A stretch of 64,000 nucleotides of DNA, taken from IMG/VR virus record IMGVR_UViG_3300011724_000025, positions 1-64,000 of that record; one strand, given 5' to 3'. The stretch is from a virus (lineage: Duplodnaviria > Caudoviricetes). Each line of letters opens with the position of its first letter. Within the stretch, counting starts at the first letter, position 1. Below are positions 50,539-61,962 of this stretch, piece after piece. Under the pieces are notes generated by a model. The model saw only the letters and a program-made list of their open reading frames with translations. It did not search any database and was not told the origin of the DNA. A program made the position numbers and the translations under genes.

Positions 50539-51342
50539 TTATTTATCGTATATAAACGACATTCTCTGCTTTCCAGCCTCAATATTTTTCTTCTCTAAAC
50601 AGGCGTATCTTTCTGTGATACGTAAATCACTATGGCCAAGCTGACTTGATACTTCTAATAATGCCTGGCTTTTATCTGGGGCGTTCTTAATATACTGGTG
50701 AGCCATGGTTTTTCTTAGTCCGTGAGTTCCGATTTTTTGCTTAATCCCAGCTTCCTTTCTCGTATCCTCCACTATCTTCCACCATCTCTTTGAACCGAGA
50801 TAACTACTCTTTTGGCTTTTGAATATATAATCATCAAGTTCTTGTTTAGCATCGTAGCTATTGAGCCAGATAAGCCACTCAGATAGCGCAATTTCAAAAT
50901 CGTCGTTCCATGATAATTCAATGTGCTTTGCTTTGGTTATATTTCCATCTTCATCTCTCTTATTTGTTTTTTCTGGCACGTAATCAGCCGATGTTTTATA
51001 ATCCCAGTTCCTATCAAAGATATCTGACCACTTTAGTGAGCAAAAATCCCCCCCTCGTAAACCGACATTGATAGCGCAAACAAGCATTGTAAGGTTACGC
51101 CTTGCAATCATCTCCTTGGCCAAAGAGGTAGCGTTTTCAATTCTGTCTTGGAATATATTATATATTGCAATGATTTCATCACGTTCGTATAAACACTCCA
51201 TTTTTGTAGATTCTCTTGTACCTACCTTTTGCTTAGAACCATAACGCAGGTCTGGCGTTCCATCCGCTTTAATATGAGGATACTGGATCACGTCTGCACT
51301 CTTATTTTCCATTATACTACGGCTTTCCTGTGTAGCTGACAT
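50539..51342 (-). CDS. minimal tyrosine recombinase (catalytic domain only)
   Basis: GLRGGD (R), PEKT (K), THGLRKT (HxxR), LGHS...TERY (H,Y); 267 aa with no room for a core-binding domain. Confidence 0.88.
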   Translation of the reverse strand: MSATQESRSIMENKSADVIQYPHIKADGTPDLRYGSKQKVGTRESTKMECLYERDEIIAIYNIFQDRIENATSLAKEMIARRNLTMLVCAINVGLRGGDFCSLKWSDIFDRNWDYKTSADYVPEKTNKRDEDGNITKAKHIELSWNDDFEIALSEWLIWLNSYDAKQELDDYIFKSQKSSYLGSKRWWKIVEDTRKEAGIKQKIGTHGLRKTMAHQYIKNAPDKSQALLEVSSQLGHSDLRITERYACLEKKNIEAGKQRMSFIYDK

Positions 51343-52028
51343 ATTGACTACCTCCTATAATTCATTGCCTTATAAGCACTATAAAAGGCACTGGATTATC
51401 ATTCTCCAATGCCCTATGTAGTACTTACAAATTAATTCTAATTAATATTTGTACAGTTCTAATCTTTCTTTGCACTTAATTATTTCTTCTTCACTGAATA
51501 ATGGCTGATATTTCGACATGACCACATAATATTCAACAGTCAGATTTAATTTGCAGATTGCAGCCAATTTTAGAAATGTATCGGTTGGTTCATTCATAAT
51601 CAGCCTTTTAACTACTTCAACAGAATCACCATCAGTCAACATTTGTATGAACCTCGATGGATTATGGCTGGCATTTTTTATTTCTATACAAAGCCGTCTC
51701 ATATCTTCAGTAAACTGCTTTTTTAGTTCCTCCATCAAATCCCCCTCCCTTTGAAAACCTAGTTTCATTCATTCAATATTGATTTTAATGAATTTAGATT
51801 TAATCTTCCCAATTTTATACATCTTCTTCAGAACCCATATCTCTTTCATCAGCCTCATGTGTTCTAATCATTTCATTAAAATCTTCTTCAACTTCTTCGT
51901 ATGATGAACCTTCATTGGTTTCTGTTTCCCAGAAATCTTATTTCATCTTTTCTAACATTATAATTTTATCTTGTTCCTTTTCAAAACTATTCACTTGGTT
52001 TCCTCCTTAAATCTCAAATTTCAATCGC

Positions 52029-52319
52029 TTAATCTTTGGCTCCATTTGCCCAATCGCGGAGTTCCATCTCATGTCTTATTTCATCAAGAAAATCATGACC
52101 TTTCCAAGTTAGTCCCCTTACTTCGAATGACAAAATTATACCGCCTACATACTGTCCCTCATAATTGTAAATATATCCACCCCCAAATAGCAGATCACAA
52201 TGATAAGCCACCTGATCCATTGTATAACCTTCTACCTCTAAGTTACTTACTGCAACATTGTCCACTGTTTCTTCTATTTTGAACAATATTTTTCGCACAA
52301 GTTCCATGTCTCGCATCAT
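52029..52319 (-). CDS. DUF2513-like protein
   Basis: MRDMELVRKIL...YHCDLL...LTWKGHDFLDEIR. Confidence 0.8.
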   Translation of the reverse strand: MMRDMELVRKILFKIEETVDNVAVSNLEVEGYTMDQVAYHCDLLFGGGYIYNYEGQYVGGIILSFEVRGLTWKGHDFLDEIRHEMELRDWANGAKD

Positions 52320-52883
52320 TTTAAATCATCCCTCCAAACTATTATTTCAATGTGATTTTCCTTTTTATATCAACCTCTACAAATTCAGATATTTCATACT
52401 GTCCGGAAAAATCTTTTTCATAACCATTAATCCAATCAACAGCCTCTACTTCCGTATCAAACCAATTCCACGTATTGCTTTCATCTTGAAAAGTTAGAAT
52501 AACTAAAAACTTCATATAAATTCCTTCCTCCTTATAATTGATCCACTCTGTCTCCACAAGTCTATAATGGCCTGTGCTTTATTATTGACCCTCCAAATTA
52601 ATCTCTCATACTAATTCTCCTATTACTAATGCTTGCCTTTCTCAAAGTAATCATGATAATAGATCCCTTTAATTCCGTATTCGCCTTTAACCAACGAAGT
52701 GTTACATTCAACCCACTCTTCTAATTCCTCAACTGATTCAAAATCCTTTGCTACTACTGGATCACAACAAACGGGCAATCCGTCGCCAGGAACTTCAGCA
52801 GCTTCTATAAAATCACCATAGCAGCTTTCAGTGAACAACTCTATGAAAAATCTCCACATATAAATCCTCCACATATAAAATAA

Positions 52884-53408
52884 TCATTTCAAGCTTTCTA
52901 ACATGTTCTTTACTCTATCAATTTCTTCTTTACTATGTGGCGTTCCTCCACTATTAAATTCAACATACCACTGTAATACTTCTTTTTTAGTTTTGAGATT
53001 ATTTACATTAAACAACAAATCAACATCAATTGATAATTTATCTTCAAAGTCATGTAAATAATTTCCAAATACTTTTATTTCATTATTCATAAACTTTATA
53101 ACAGCAGTGAGTCTTTGTAGTCCATCAACACATACAAAATCATCATACTCGTATATTCCATCGCCTCGCCAACTTGGTTTATTAAAATAAATAACCCTAG
53201 CTGATTTTCCACCTCTTAGCAAATATTCAATATAGGCAATTTGTTGGTTCTCTGTCCAAACATGTCCTCTTTGGAAATCTGGATCTAATTGCAAGCCATA
53301 ATATTCATCTTCTTGCCATTCTTTTATTCGTTCACTAACATAATATAATGGCATATTCACCTGATAACTTCCTACACTGGTAAGTTGCGGAATATCTTTA
53401 AATTTCAT
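52884..53408 (-). CDS. stand-alone DUF262 (ParB-like) protein
   Basis: LDPDFQRGHVW, VDGLQRLTA, FNSGGT. Confidence 0.8.
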   Translation of the reverse strand: MKFKDIPQLTSVGSYQVNMPLYYVSERIKEWQEDEYYGLQLDPDFQRGHVWTENQQIAYIEYLLRGGKSARVIYFNKPSWRGDGIYEYDDFVCVDGLQRLTAVIKFMNNEIKVFGNYLHDFEDKLSIDVDLLFNVNNLKTKKEVLQWYVEFNSGGTPHSKEEIDRVKNMLESLK

Positions 53409-55135
53409 AAATAGCTCTCCTTTACAAATAAAACAATCCTTTCAACTAAGCTACATTACTACTCTCTTTTCTAAAACATCTCATTCCAGTAGGAGTCTGC
53501 TCCAAACCTAGACTTCTTTTTAGCTGCTCCCAGTCGTTAGACGACATTACATGAGTCCCATGTGCTGCTTCGATAACCACCATATACTCATTGCCACAAC
53601 CAAACATACCAATCAATTTATATCCATCTAAGCCATTCATATAATCTTCCTCCATTATACTATTTTCATAATACAAAAGCCACCAGATTTTCATAATCCG
53701 ATGGCCGTCAGCAATGTATTCTATTCATTCATTTGTAATGCCCGTTGTTGATTCTTTTCGTCATCTCTTTCTTTGAGTATTTACTAGAATCTCTCATGAT
53801 CCCATCTAAGTCTCTTGTATTCTCAGCCGGCGTGTTTGGAGTCACGCTTTCTTTTGCCCATAAAAACAGCCCCACAAGTAATCCGATAAATGCTAATGCT
53901 CCCATGTTATTATCTCCTTCTTAATTGGATAATTTGCTCTTATCTCTTCTCTCGATTCATTTAATCGCCATTTCATGCCATCAAAATAGTTCTTTCATCA
54001 GTAAAATATCAGTTTATCCGTGCAATGATTTTGCCATGAAATCATATAATTTATCATGCGCTTCTTGGTTTTTGAAGATTTTGGTTTTTTGATATTTTCC
54101 TATAAGCAAAGCCCCACACCTTTTACACCTTTGGTCGATAATCTGCATAACAGAATCTGTTCCAAGTGGAATGTAACTAGGTTCACAATCTACAATTTCA
54201 CCACCACAATCATGCTTTTCATATTCCATAATTCATCTATCCTCCTATCTTCCGATACTACGGCAAATACTATTTTCTCAAATCATATAAACGGTTTTCT
54301 TTCTCCTGTTGGGTAATATCAAGAATCATACTCTCCATTTCTGCAACTTCTTCACTATTACTGCATTCAGAAAAACAGTTCATAATTATTTCTTGTATTT
54401 TAAGTTCACTTTTCATTGCGCTACTCCTTTAAATTGTGGTTCTATCGGTCATCTGTTTACTCTATATCCGAATTAACTAGACAATCCATCTGCAACGCCA
54501 TCTGCTTTTGATTCTCCATCATTATCTTAGCGTACACCTCCGCTACCTCCTGGCATGTAGTACAATCTGCATATACATCTTGAATTCTAGTTATTAAATC
54601 TTCCATCTTATTATTCTCCTTTTTAATCAAATCTTGTTTTCATTCTTCAAATAGACACTTGTGTCGCATTGCTAAATCACCATTGTCTAAAATTATAGTG
54701 TAATATTTTTGTATTTCAGCGCAAACTTCATATAATCTGCTTTTAGTTACCCCTACCACTGACAACTTTGCTCTAACTTGTTTCTTCATTTTATTAAACT
54801 CCTTCTTTAAATATATTAAATTCTTTACTAATAATCGTTCAGCCCTTCTCCAAAATCTAGAGTTTTCAGAGCAGCTTCCGCATCTTCACCGTTCTCATGT
54901 ACATACCTGCTAAAATCCGAAAAGAAACAATACACATTTCTACATGGCTGATCAACATCGAATATAACAATTTCTTTGTCCCAATCAATATATGATACGA
55001 CAACTTTATATACTCCGTCATATGTTCGTGTAGAAACGGCGATAATTCCATATAATTCTTGATCGACAACTATATTAGTTTCTTTATTAAAAAACGCTCT
55101 CATTCTTTATCCTTTCTTCCATTTAAATCACGCTT

Positions 55136-55702
55136 CTATCGGCATAAGGCACAAGCCAGCAATATATCTTTATTTACGACCTTATCATTATCTAAAACCA
55201 TCTTCTCTAACTTGAATAAATCAAATTCTTCCTTCTGAAACTTAAATTGAATCCATTCCGGTTCGTGTTCTCTATAATCCAACCAAGAAGAAGGATTTTC
55301 GTTGTTGAGCACTTCTTTAACAAGCTGCAATAGCCGATTACCGGCTTGTCTTGACTTAACAAATCCGCTTAAATCATATCCCAATCCCCTTGGACTCCAA
55401 TATTCACCATATTCCGGACGAACATCTGGTGTTTCATATTTCCATTTAGGAATGCCTCTTCTTGGGTGAGAAATCAATTTAGGATACTCCATTACATCTT
55501 CTCCGCTCTCATCTTTTCTTCCGGTTCCAAAACCAACCGATGATTCCGTAATTCCATCAGCAAATATCTGATAATGTAATCCACATGATCTACATGTTCC
55601 TGCTGGTTGGTTCCCCATATAGGAAGTATCCCTTCTCCATCTATCACATCCGCAATTAGGGCATCCGTATTTTTCTTCTTCTCTAAAATTTACTGCTAAC
55701 AT
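55136..55702 (-). CDS. zinc-ribbon phage protein
   Basis: CPNCG...CRSCG. Confidence 0.6.
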   Translation of the reverse strand: MLAVNFREEEKYGCPNCGCDRWRRDTSYMGNQPAGTCRSCGLHYQIFADGITESSVGFGTGRKDESGEDVMEYPKLISHPRRGIPKWKYETPDVRPEYGEYWSPRGLGYDLSGFVKSRQAGNRLLQLVKEVLNNENPSSWLDYREHEPEWIQFKFQKEEFDLFKLEKMVLDNDKVVNKDILLACALCR

Positions 55703-57200
55703 AATATTATTTTCCCCTTTCAATTCAGCAATTCAATGCTTACTCATTTTCATATTTGTAATAACGTCCATACAGTTTATATTCTGGCTTATAAATACTT
55801 CCTACGTTTTCACTAACTAGCATAGAATCTTCATACCCAAGATTCTTCATAGTCCGAGAATGAATACTCTTTTCTTCCTCTGAATCATAATAATATTCCT
55901 CTATAATCGTTCTCTTTTTAAATACCATACTTTCTTCCTCTCTTTCAATATAATATTCTCCATTGAAAGCACACATTCATGTACATTGCTCTATAAACTC
56001 ATCTGTACACATTGCACCTTCCCACCAGCACACAACCGCTGGCCTATCCTCTGATCCATTTAAATAGCCCCTTAACTGCCTTTCAAAGTATCCAAGCATA
56101 TAATCATCAAACACAGTCTTCAGCCTGTCAAAGTCCTTGCACTGTTCTAATTCTCTATATCCCATACAAAACACCTCCTATATTAAATCTACCGCTAATT
56201 ATGTGCGGTTAGTGACCTAAGCCAAATCAACCACTAATTCTCCGGTGGTAAGCAGCAATCACTTTTAGACTTCCGGGAATGCCTTGTTTACTTTTGCAGC
56301 ACGATCTATCCTTCCGGATCACCGACAAGGCTATGTATTAAGATATAAGGCAATGTAAAGCGAAAATCTCCGTGAAATTATCAAATGTAGATATGTAAAT
56401 ACCATTTGCATACATATCAATTTTCCCTTCCTTATTTTTCATGTAATGAAATTTTATATCGCTATTCATGTTTTAATCCTCCGGTCTGTGCAAATAAAAC
56501 TGCGCTTACAATTATCAGCAATGCTGCCAGCGTCCAGTTTCCGTCCTGGTCATTCAGTTTAAAGAACACAAAAATAGAAAGCACAGGCAAAATGCTTCCT
56601 AAAAGTTTGTAATACTTATTTAGTTGTGCTAATATCATGAAATCCTCCCTTAAAATGTTCTTTTCATCGTAATAATATATCTCTAATTTCTGTTGATCTG
56701 ACTTCAGGAATCATTCTAGCAAGCCAGTCACATCTTTCTGCTATATTTTCAATCTTTTCCGACTCTTCTAAAATGTTATCAAGCATGTCACGGGCAAACG
56801 CTGTTTCAAATGCCGTTGGAAATTCGCTAATAATATAATTCCATAGTTGGCTCATAGCCCCTCCTTTTCTAACGGTATCATCTTTCCGATAACTACTTTA
56901 TTTATCCTCAAAACGTTCCCACATATCGGTTTGACAGCCTTCACCACCCAACATACAATTATCCATAACGTGGTGTAAACACAACTCACAAGGACTATCT
57001 TCTGGATTATTTAACAAAAATTCGGCCTCACGATCAAGATTTAAAACTTCATTTGCAATTAAATTTGCAGTTGTCCTATCACAGCCAATCATCGGCATAA
57101 TTCTATTTTCCATAATTACCATTACATTATTTTTAGCATTTTTTAATTCTTCCCTTGTTAATGTCATTTTAAATTCCTCCTTAAAACCTGTCTTTTATTC

Positions 57201-57872
57201 CTAACGTTTAACGTTTTTCATGATTTCTTTTGCTTCTTCACAGCACTTACTTATTTTTTCTCTAGTGATTCCTTCGTAGTCGTAATTTGATTCCTTATCT
57301 TCCATGAAGTCGACAAACCATAAAAACCTCCTTGTATCTTCCCACTGTTTGACAAACTCTCCGTATTTACTCATTTCACGTATAAACCAGACAAGCCCTT
57401 CTCGTATATCTGTGTCAAAATGTAATTTGCCATTTTCATAATCGTAAAATCCATTTGAGCATGATGGAATCTCGCATCTTTTAGAACTGTCATTCATTTT
57501 TAATTCTCCATATAATTTTCCCCCGTTTACTGACTCACCATTCCAGAATGATGTTACCCAAATTATTAATCCATCTTCTCTGTAATACAGTGCTGCCTTT
57601 TCCGTTTTATCTTCGTATGGAAAAGAATATTCATATCCAGGTTTAAAACCGTTATTAGTTATAATCTCAATGAATTCATTCCAACTCATAGAAAAATGAG
57701 TGTCGTTATTTTCTTTTAATAGTTTGTTCTTATTCTGATTGTGTAAGAAACATAACCCCATCGACATACTTGCTTCATCTTCTGAAAACTCGCTCCAATG
57801 TTTGTTTCCAAATATTTTTTCTGCTTCGTTTAATGGATCAAATTCCAATGCTTCTTTTATTTTATCTCTCAT
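57201..57872 (-). CDS. hypothetical phage protein
   Basis: 223-aa ORF with SD, bounded by junction sites. Confidence 0.65.
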   Translation of the reverse strand: MRDKIKEALEFDPLNEAEKIFGNKHWSEFSEDEASMSMGLCFLHNQNKNKLLKENNDTHFSMSWNEFIEIITNNGFKPGYEYSFPYEDKTEKAALYYREDGLIIWVTSFWNGESVNGGKLYGELKMNDSSKRCEIPSCSNGFYDYENGKLHFDTDIREGLVWFIREMSKYGEFVKQWEDTRRFLWFVDFMEDKESNYDYEGITREKISKCCEEAKEIMKNVKR

Positions 57873-58231
57873 GACAATTCTCCTTTTATATTTTTATACT
57901 TGAATTCTATTTTTCATCTTGAATATTTATCTATCATGGCACCCATTACCTGACGAGCTTCCTTGTAATTTAATAATACTTGTGGTTTCCCTTTAGCTTC
58001 AAATTCATACTGTAGAGGTAATCCATTCTTTGTATCTGGGTTGTAACACGTACCATAAAATATATAAGATTCTGGTTTATCATGTAACCAGATTGTAAAT
58101 TCGCAGCCTATATATTTTTCAAACCATTTATTTGACATCTTATCACCATCCTCTTATATACATAGATAAATTTACAATTTTATTTGCTTAATATTTCTAT
58201 AAAACTTCATTTTAAATCTAAAGATTCGTAT

Positions 58232-58265
58232 AAAAAACCTTCCAATCACTATCATTGGAAGGTTT
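58232..58265 (-). terminator. terminator after def
   Basis: AAACCTTCCAAT...ATTGGAAGGTTT with U-run on the minus strand. Confidence 0.75.
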
Positions 58266-58324
58266 AACTACATTTAAAGACCCTATGTTAAAAGGCAGTT
58301 ACATGCTACAATTCAATTCGAGAA

Positions 58325-58783
58325 CTATTTGATGTCTAAATACTCGATTGCTTTATCTGTAAATAATACTCCATCTAAATGATCAGTTTCATGACATAGA
58401 CACTTTGCAAGTTCATCAAAAGCCTCAATTGTAATGGCTTCTCCATTTTCATTAAGTGCCTTAACCAATACTCTTTTGGGTCTCCGCACTCTACCCCATA
58501 TACCAGGACAACTTAAGCATCCCTCAATAACCAGTTGTTCTCCTTCAGATTCAACAATTTGGGGATTAACTAACTTTAATAAGCCTTGACCCATATCAAT
58601 TACAACTAAACGGCGTAATATTCCGACTTGACATGCGGCTAATCCACCTCCATTTTCTGTGCTATACATTGTTTCTGCCATATCGCCAAGAATTTCTCTG
58701 ATACGATCATCAACCATATCAACAGGTTTGCTTACTTTACGTAAAACATGATCATCAAACAGTCGAATTTCTCTTAGTGCCAT
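58325..58783 (-). CDS. def: peptide deformylase
   Basis: GGGLAACQ, EGCLS, HETDH; SD GGAGG before ATG 58783. Confidence 0.93.
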   Translation of the reverse strand: MALREIRLFDDHVLRKVSKPVDMVDDRIREILGDMAETMYSTENGGGLAACQVGILRRLVVIDMGQGLLKLVNPQIVESEGEQLVIEGCLSCPGIWGRVRRPKRVLVKALNENGEAITIEAFDELAKCLCHETDHLDGVLFTDKAIEYLDIK

Positions 58784-59018
58784 CTGTAAACCTCCTACTG
58801 ATATCCGCACGGGATTTTCGTTCACTTTCTTCAAATAAGAATACACTTTCAATCGGCACATTGAATACTTGTGCTATATCATACGCAAGCCATATTGAAG
58901 GCTCATTTTTTTCTGTTTCAATTGCATTTATAGCCTGTCTTGAAGTTCCGACTTTTTCACCCAATTGCTCTTGAGTCATACCCAATGCCTCTCGTAATTG
59001 ACGAACCTTATTTTTCAT
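58755..59018 (-). CDS. XRE-family HTH regulator
   Basis: MTQEQLGEKVGTSRQAINAIE...PS. Confidence 0.9.
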   Translation of the reverse strand: MKNKVRQLREALGMTQEQLGEKVGTSRQAINAIETEKNEPSIWLAYDIAQVFNVPIESVFLFEESERKSRADISRRFTDGTKRNSTV

Positions 59019-59040
59019 TAAGTTTATTCCACCTTCTTAT

Positions 59041-59105
59041 ATGTAATGTTAACCTTACATTCAGATTTTATCACAATAAAATAGCCCTGTCAACTTAACC
59101 TTACA
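59041..59105 (-). promoter_or_regulatory. promoter with two operators for the HTH-def unit
   Basis: TTGACA (59088-59093)-17 bp-TAAAAT (59065-59070); palindrome ATGTAATGTTAACCTTACAT (59041-59060) and a partial copy at 59088-59105. Confidence 0.75.
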
Positions 59106-60303
59106 TATTTTGAAAAATATAATTTGATCTATAAATCTAACTCCACCTCGTTTGGATTGTCTTCACAGTCCGACGGCAAATAACTAACTCCACCAACATA
59201 ATTTTTACTGTTCATTTTCGCCTAGTGAAACCGTATCAGTTACAAGCCCCTTTGCCTTCGCAGCATTCACGATAAGGCTTATTAAACCATTACTGATAAT
59301 TTTCAGTTCTTTATTTGTAAACTTCTCCATTACAATCTCCTTCCTGATTTTGAGCATAATAAAAGCAACCGGGTATATATTCTCCGATTGCTCACCATTA
59401 AACGTGCATTTTATCTTAATATCCAACAGGATAACTTTTCCTTCCCCCTTGAAATAAGTATCCATACTTCCGTTGATCCTCTAACCATTCCTCTTTTGTT
59501 GCCATCTTGTCAATCATAAATTCAACATCTCTCCCATTTGGCAAGTCATCAAAGAATCTTACAGCAAGTTCCAACGCTTCTTTTTCGTCATACCCCTTTT
59601 TCTGTATTAACTTTCCTGCTTTTAAAACACTATTATAGGTTTTTCGTTTCATACTCCCTCCATTCCTTACCAAAAGAAAGGCACAATTTATTCTATAATT
59701 TCAAAGTTGCTTTCTTTAATTTTATTGCTACATACCATTATTCTGCCTTTTTTATTAACCAACCAATCAGTAGGTGATATTACCGTTTTTTCTTCAGGAA
59801 ACCTTAATCCATACACATGTATATTGGGTATAATATGTCTTATACTTAAATTCCGATATTTTCTAATGATATTTATTATCTTAGAATAATTATCACCAGT
59901 ATATTGCATCATTTCACATTCGTAATCTGCAATAATATTTCTTGCTTTCACAACAGTCGACCTCTTCTTTCTCTTGAAATGTGAATTGCCACTGGTTATT
60001 TAAACACTGGAAAACTATCTTCATTTTCCATTGCAAAGTAATTATGGGCCTCATAATCATCAATTTCTATTACAGAGCACACACATTCATATCCAAGTTC
60101 TTGCATATCCTCCTTACAAAACTCTTCAGCTTCTTTAATAGAAGGCTCTCTAATTCCAATAATGCAAATAGAATAAGTATCGCATGGCGTATCAGGGTAT
60201 TTATCGAAATGTTCCTGATTGGCCTTTTCTTCATGACCAAATTCAATTTCAAAATATCTCGTTTCCATATTTCGCACCTCCATTTCCAAAGGAAACTTAC
60301 TTT

Positions 60304-61950
60304 TTATGCTGACTTATCTTCCAACAAGTTCATACTATTGTTTCCATCGAATAAATAATACTTAGTATCACTCATGACCTTTGAATACTCCTTCTCACCC
60401 TCAAATTCGTTTACTACAGCTTTTTCTTCTGCCGTCATATCTTTATATTGCTTTTTGCCATAAGAAGGTGGAAGCCAGCCTTTTTTCTGTGATCCGAATA
60501 TGTTGAACTTCTTCAGTAGCTCTGGATTAGTAAATGTAATATGACAGGTTCCTTTCTTATAAAAGGTAATATTAAAATATTTTAAAACGATGTTCTTCGT
60601 CTCTCCGTACTCTTCTGCAAATTTTAAGGTTTCCTCTAAATCAATTGCATCCGTCAAGCCTCCGTCAAGATAGTTAAAACATTTCTCAATGTCTTGTAGT
60701 TTCCCTTTAACCTTATAATCTGTAGGGTAATATCTATTCCAAAAAGAATCATACCCAGCTAATGGTATAATTACTTTTTCATTTATAAACCAACTTTTAT
60801 TGGTCTTCCACCCATTATAATAATGGATATTGCTTGATGTGTCTTTGTCCCAATAATGTTTATGGCTCAATTCATCAAATAAGGATATAATAGTTTCTTC
60901 TACTCCAGAAACTACTTTCTTTTGCATCTCAATTTTTAATTCGTAAATATTATATAAAGAAAAATCATAATCTTTTAAGTTCTCAAGTCTATTATAAAAA
61001 TCCTGTCTTAAGTTCTCGGTAAGCTGTCCGATAAATTTTTCATTATGAAAGAGTGCGTTCCAATATTTTCCACGCACTTCTCTTATGAACCCATTCACAG
61101 ATAATTTATTACTGTATTTATCTTTATTTGTAGATAAATCTAAGCTCAAAATGCAGCCACCCTTCTGAACTGTTTCGCCTGTCTCTTCATCTTTTCCGAA
61201 AGAAGTCATAATCAAAGGATACATGGCATTATATTCCTTGATTAATTTAATTCCCGCTTCTACCTCTAAATTGTATTGACTTACGATAGACTTAAACAAA
61301 TCGTTTTCTACTAGATATGCGCTTTCAGTCTGCCCATATTCCTGCTGTTCTTTTGCTTTTTTGAGCCCATCAAAGATAAATGATTGTCTTTCAACTTCCG
61401 GAAGTTGTACCTTTATTAATGCAATTTCAACATCTGTCTTTCGTTCTGCGTCCGCAAAAGCATTTCTTATATATTCAATGTCTGCATGATATTCTTCTAG
61501 CAGCCTAACAAGCGTTATTCTGTCATTGCTGCACTGATTTCTAAGCGTTTCGGCATTCAGCAAACAAACAATGGCACCGCCGTTTCTCTTCTGCATTTCT
61601 AAAGCCTTTAATAAGTGTTTACAGCCATTAGAAAAAGGAGGATTCATAATAATAAGGTCGTACTCTTTCATTGTGTCGTATGTCAAGAAATCATTGTGAA
61701 CTAGCCGATATCCTTTACCTTTAAGTATGTGTCGCAAATTTTCATCTTGTTCTATGCAATCAATATCAAAAGAAAACTTTGACCAACGATCAGACATGCG
61801 GCCCTCTTTCTCCTTAATTTTTTCTATTATGTCACCCTTCCCGGCCTCTGGCTCTAAAATACTTTTGATCCTGTTAAAGTCCAAAGAAAAGAGCATCTTT
61901 TCAATAAGATGCCCTGGCGTTGGGTAAAAATCTGCATTTGATGTAAACAT
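60304..61950 (-). CDS. DNA adenine methyltransferase-like protein with DUF4942-like C terminus
   Basis: FYPTP, LEPEAGKG, IMNPPF; GWKTN...K.I.P, YF....YKKGT.HI.F. Confidence 0.8.
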   Translation of the reverse strand: MFTSNADFYPTPGHLIEKMLFSLDFNRIKSILEPEAGKGDIIEKIKEKEGRMSDRWSKFSFDIDCIEQDENLRHILKGKGYRLVHNDFLTYDTMKEYDLIIMNPPFSNGCKHLLKALEMQKRNGGAIVCLLNAETLRNQCSNDRITLVRLLEEYHADIEYIRNAFADAERKTDVEIALIKVQLPEVERQSFIFDGLKKAKEQQEYGQTESAYLVENDLFKSIVSQYNLEVEAGIKLIKEYNAMYPLIMTSFGKDEETGETVQKGGCILSLDLSTNKDKYSNKLSVNGFIREVRGKYWNALFHNEKFIGQLTENLRQDFYNRLENLKDYDFSLYNIYELKIEMQKKVVSGVEETIISLFDELSHKHYWDKDTSSNIHYYNGWKTNKSWFINEKVIIPLAGYDSFWNRYYPTDYKVKGKLQDIEKCFNYLDGGLTDAIDLEETLKFAEEYGETKNIVLKYFNITFYKKGTCHITFTNPELLKKFNIFGSQKKGWLPPSYGKKQYKDMTAEEKAVVNEFEGEKEYSKVMSDTKYYLFDGNNSMNLLEDKSA

Positions 61951-61962
61951 TGTTTTTCTCTC

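Noticed and set aside
58784-58861. N-terminal extension of peptide deformylase in the ORF track
   Set aside because: It overlaps the HTH gene; the SD and family N terminus (MALREIR) support a start at 58783.
55727-59990. Further weak look-alikes of the junction site (55727, 56447, 56885, 59192, 59975; also 13487, 20032, 43368)
   Set aside because: Mostly three or more mismatches, or ambiguous register, in AT-rich DNA; not counted without a PWM score.
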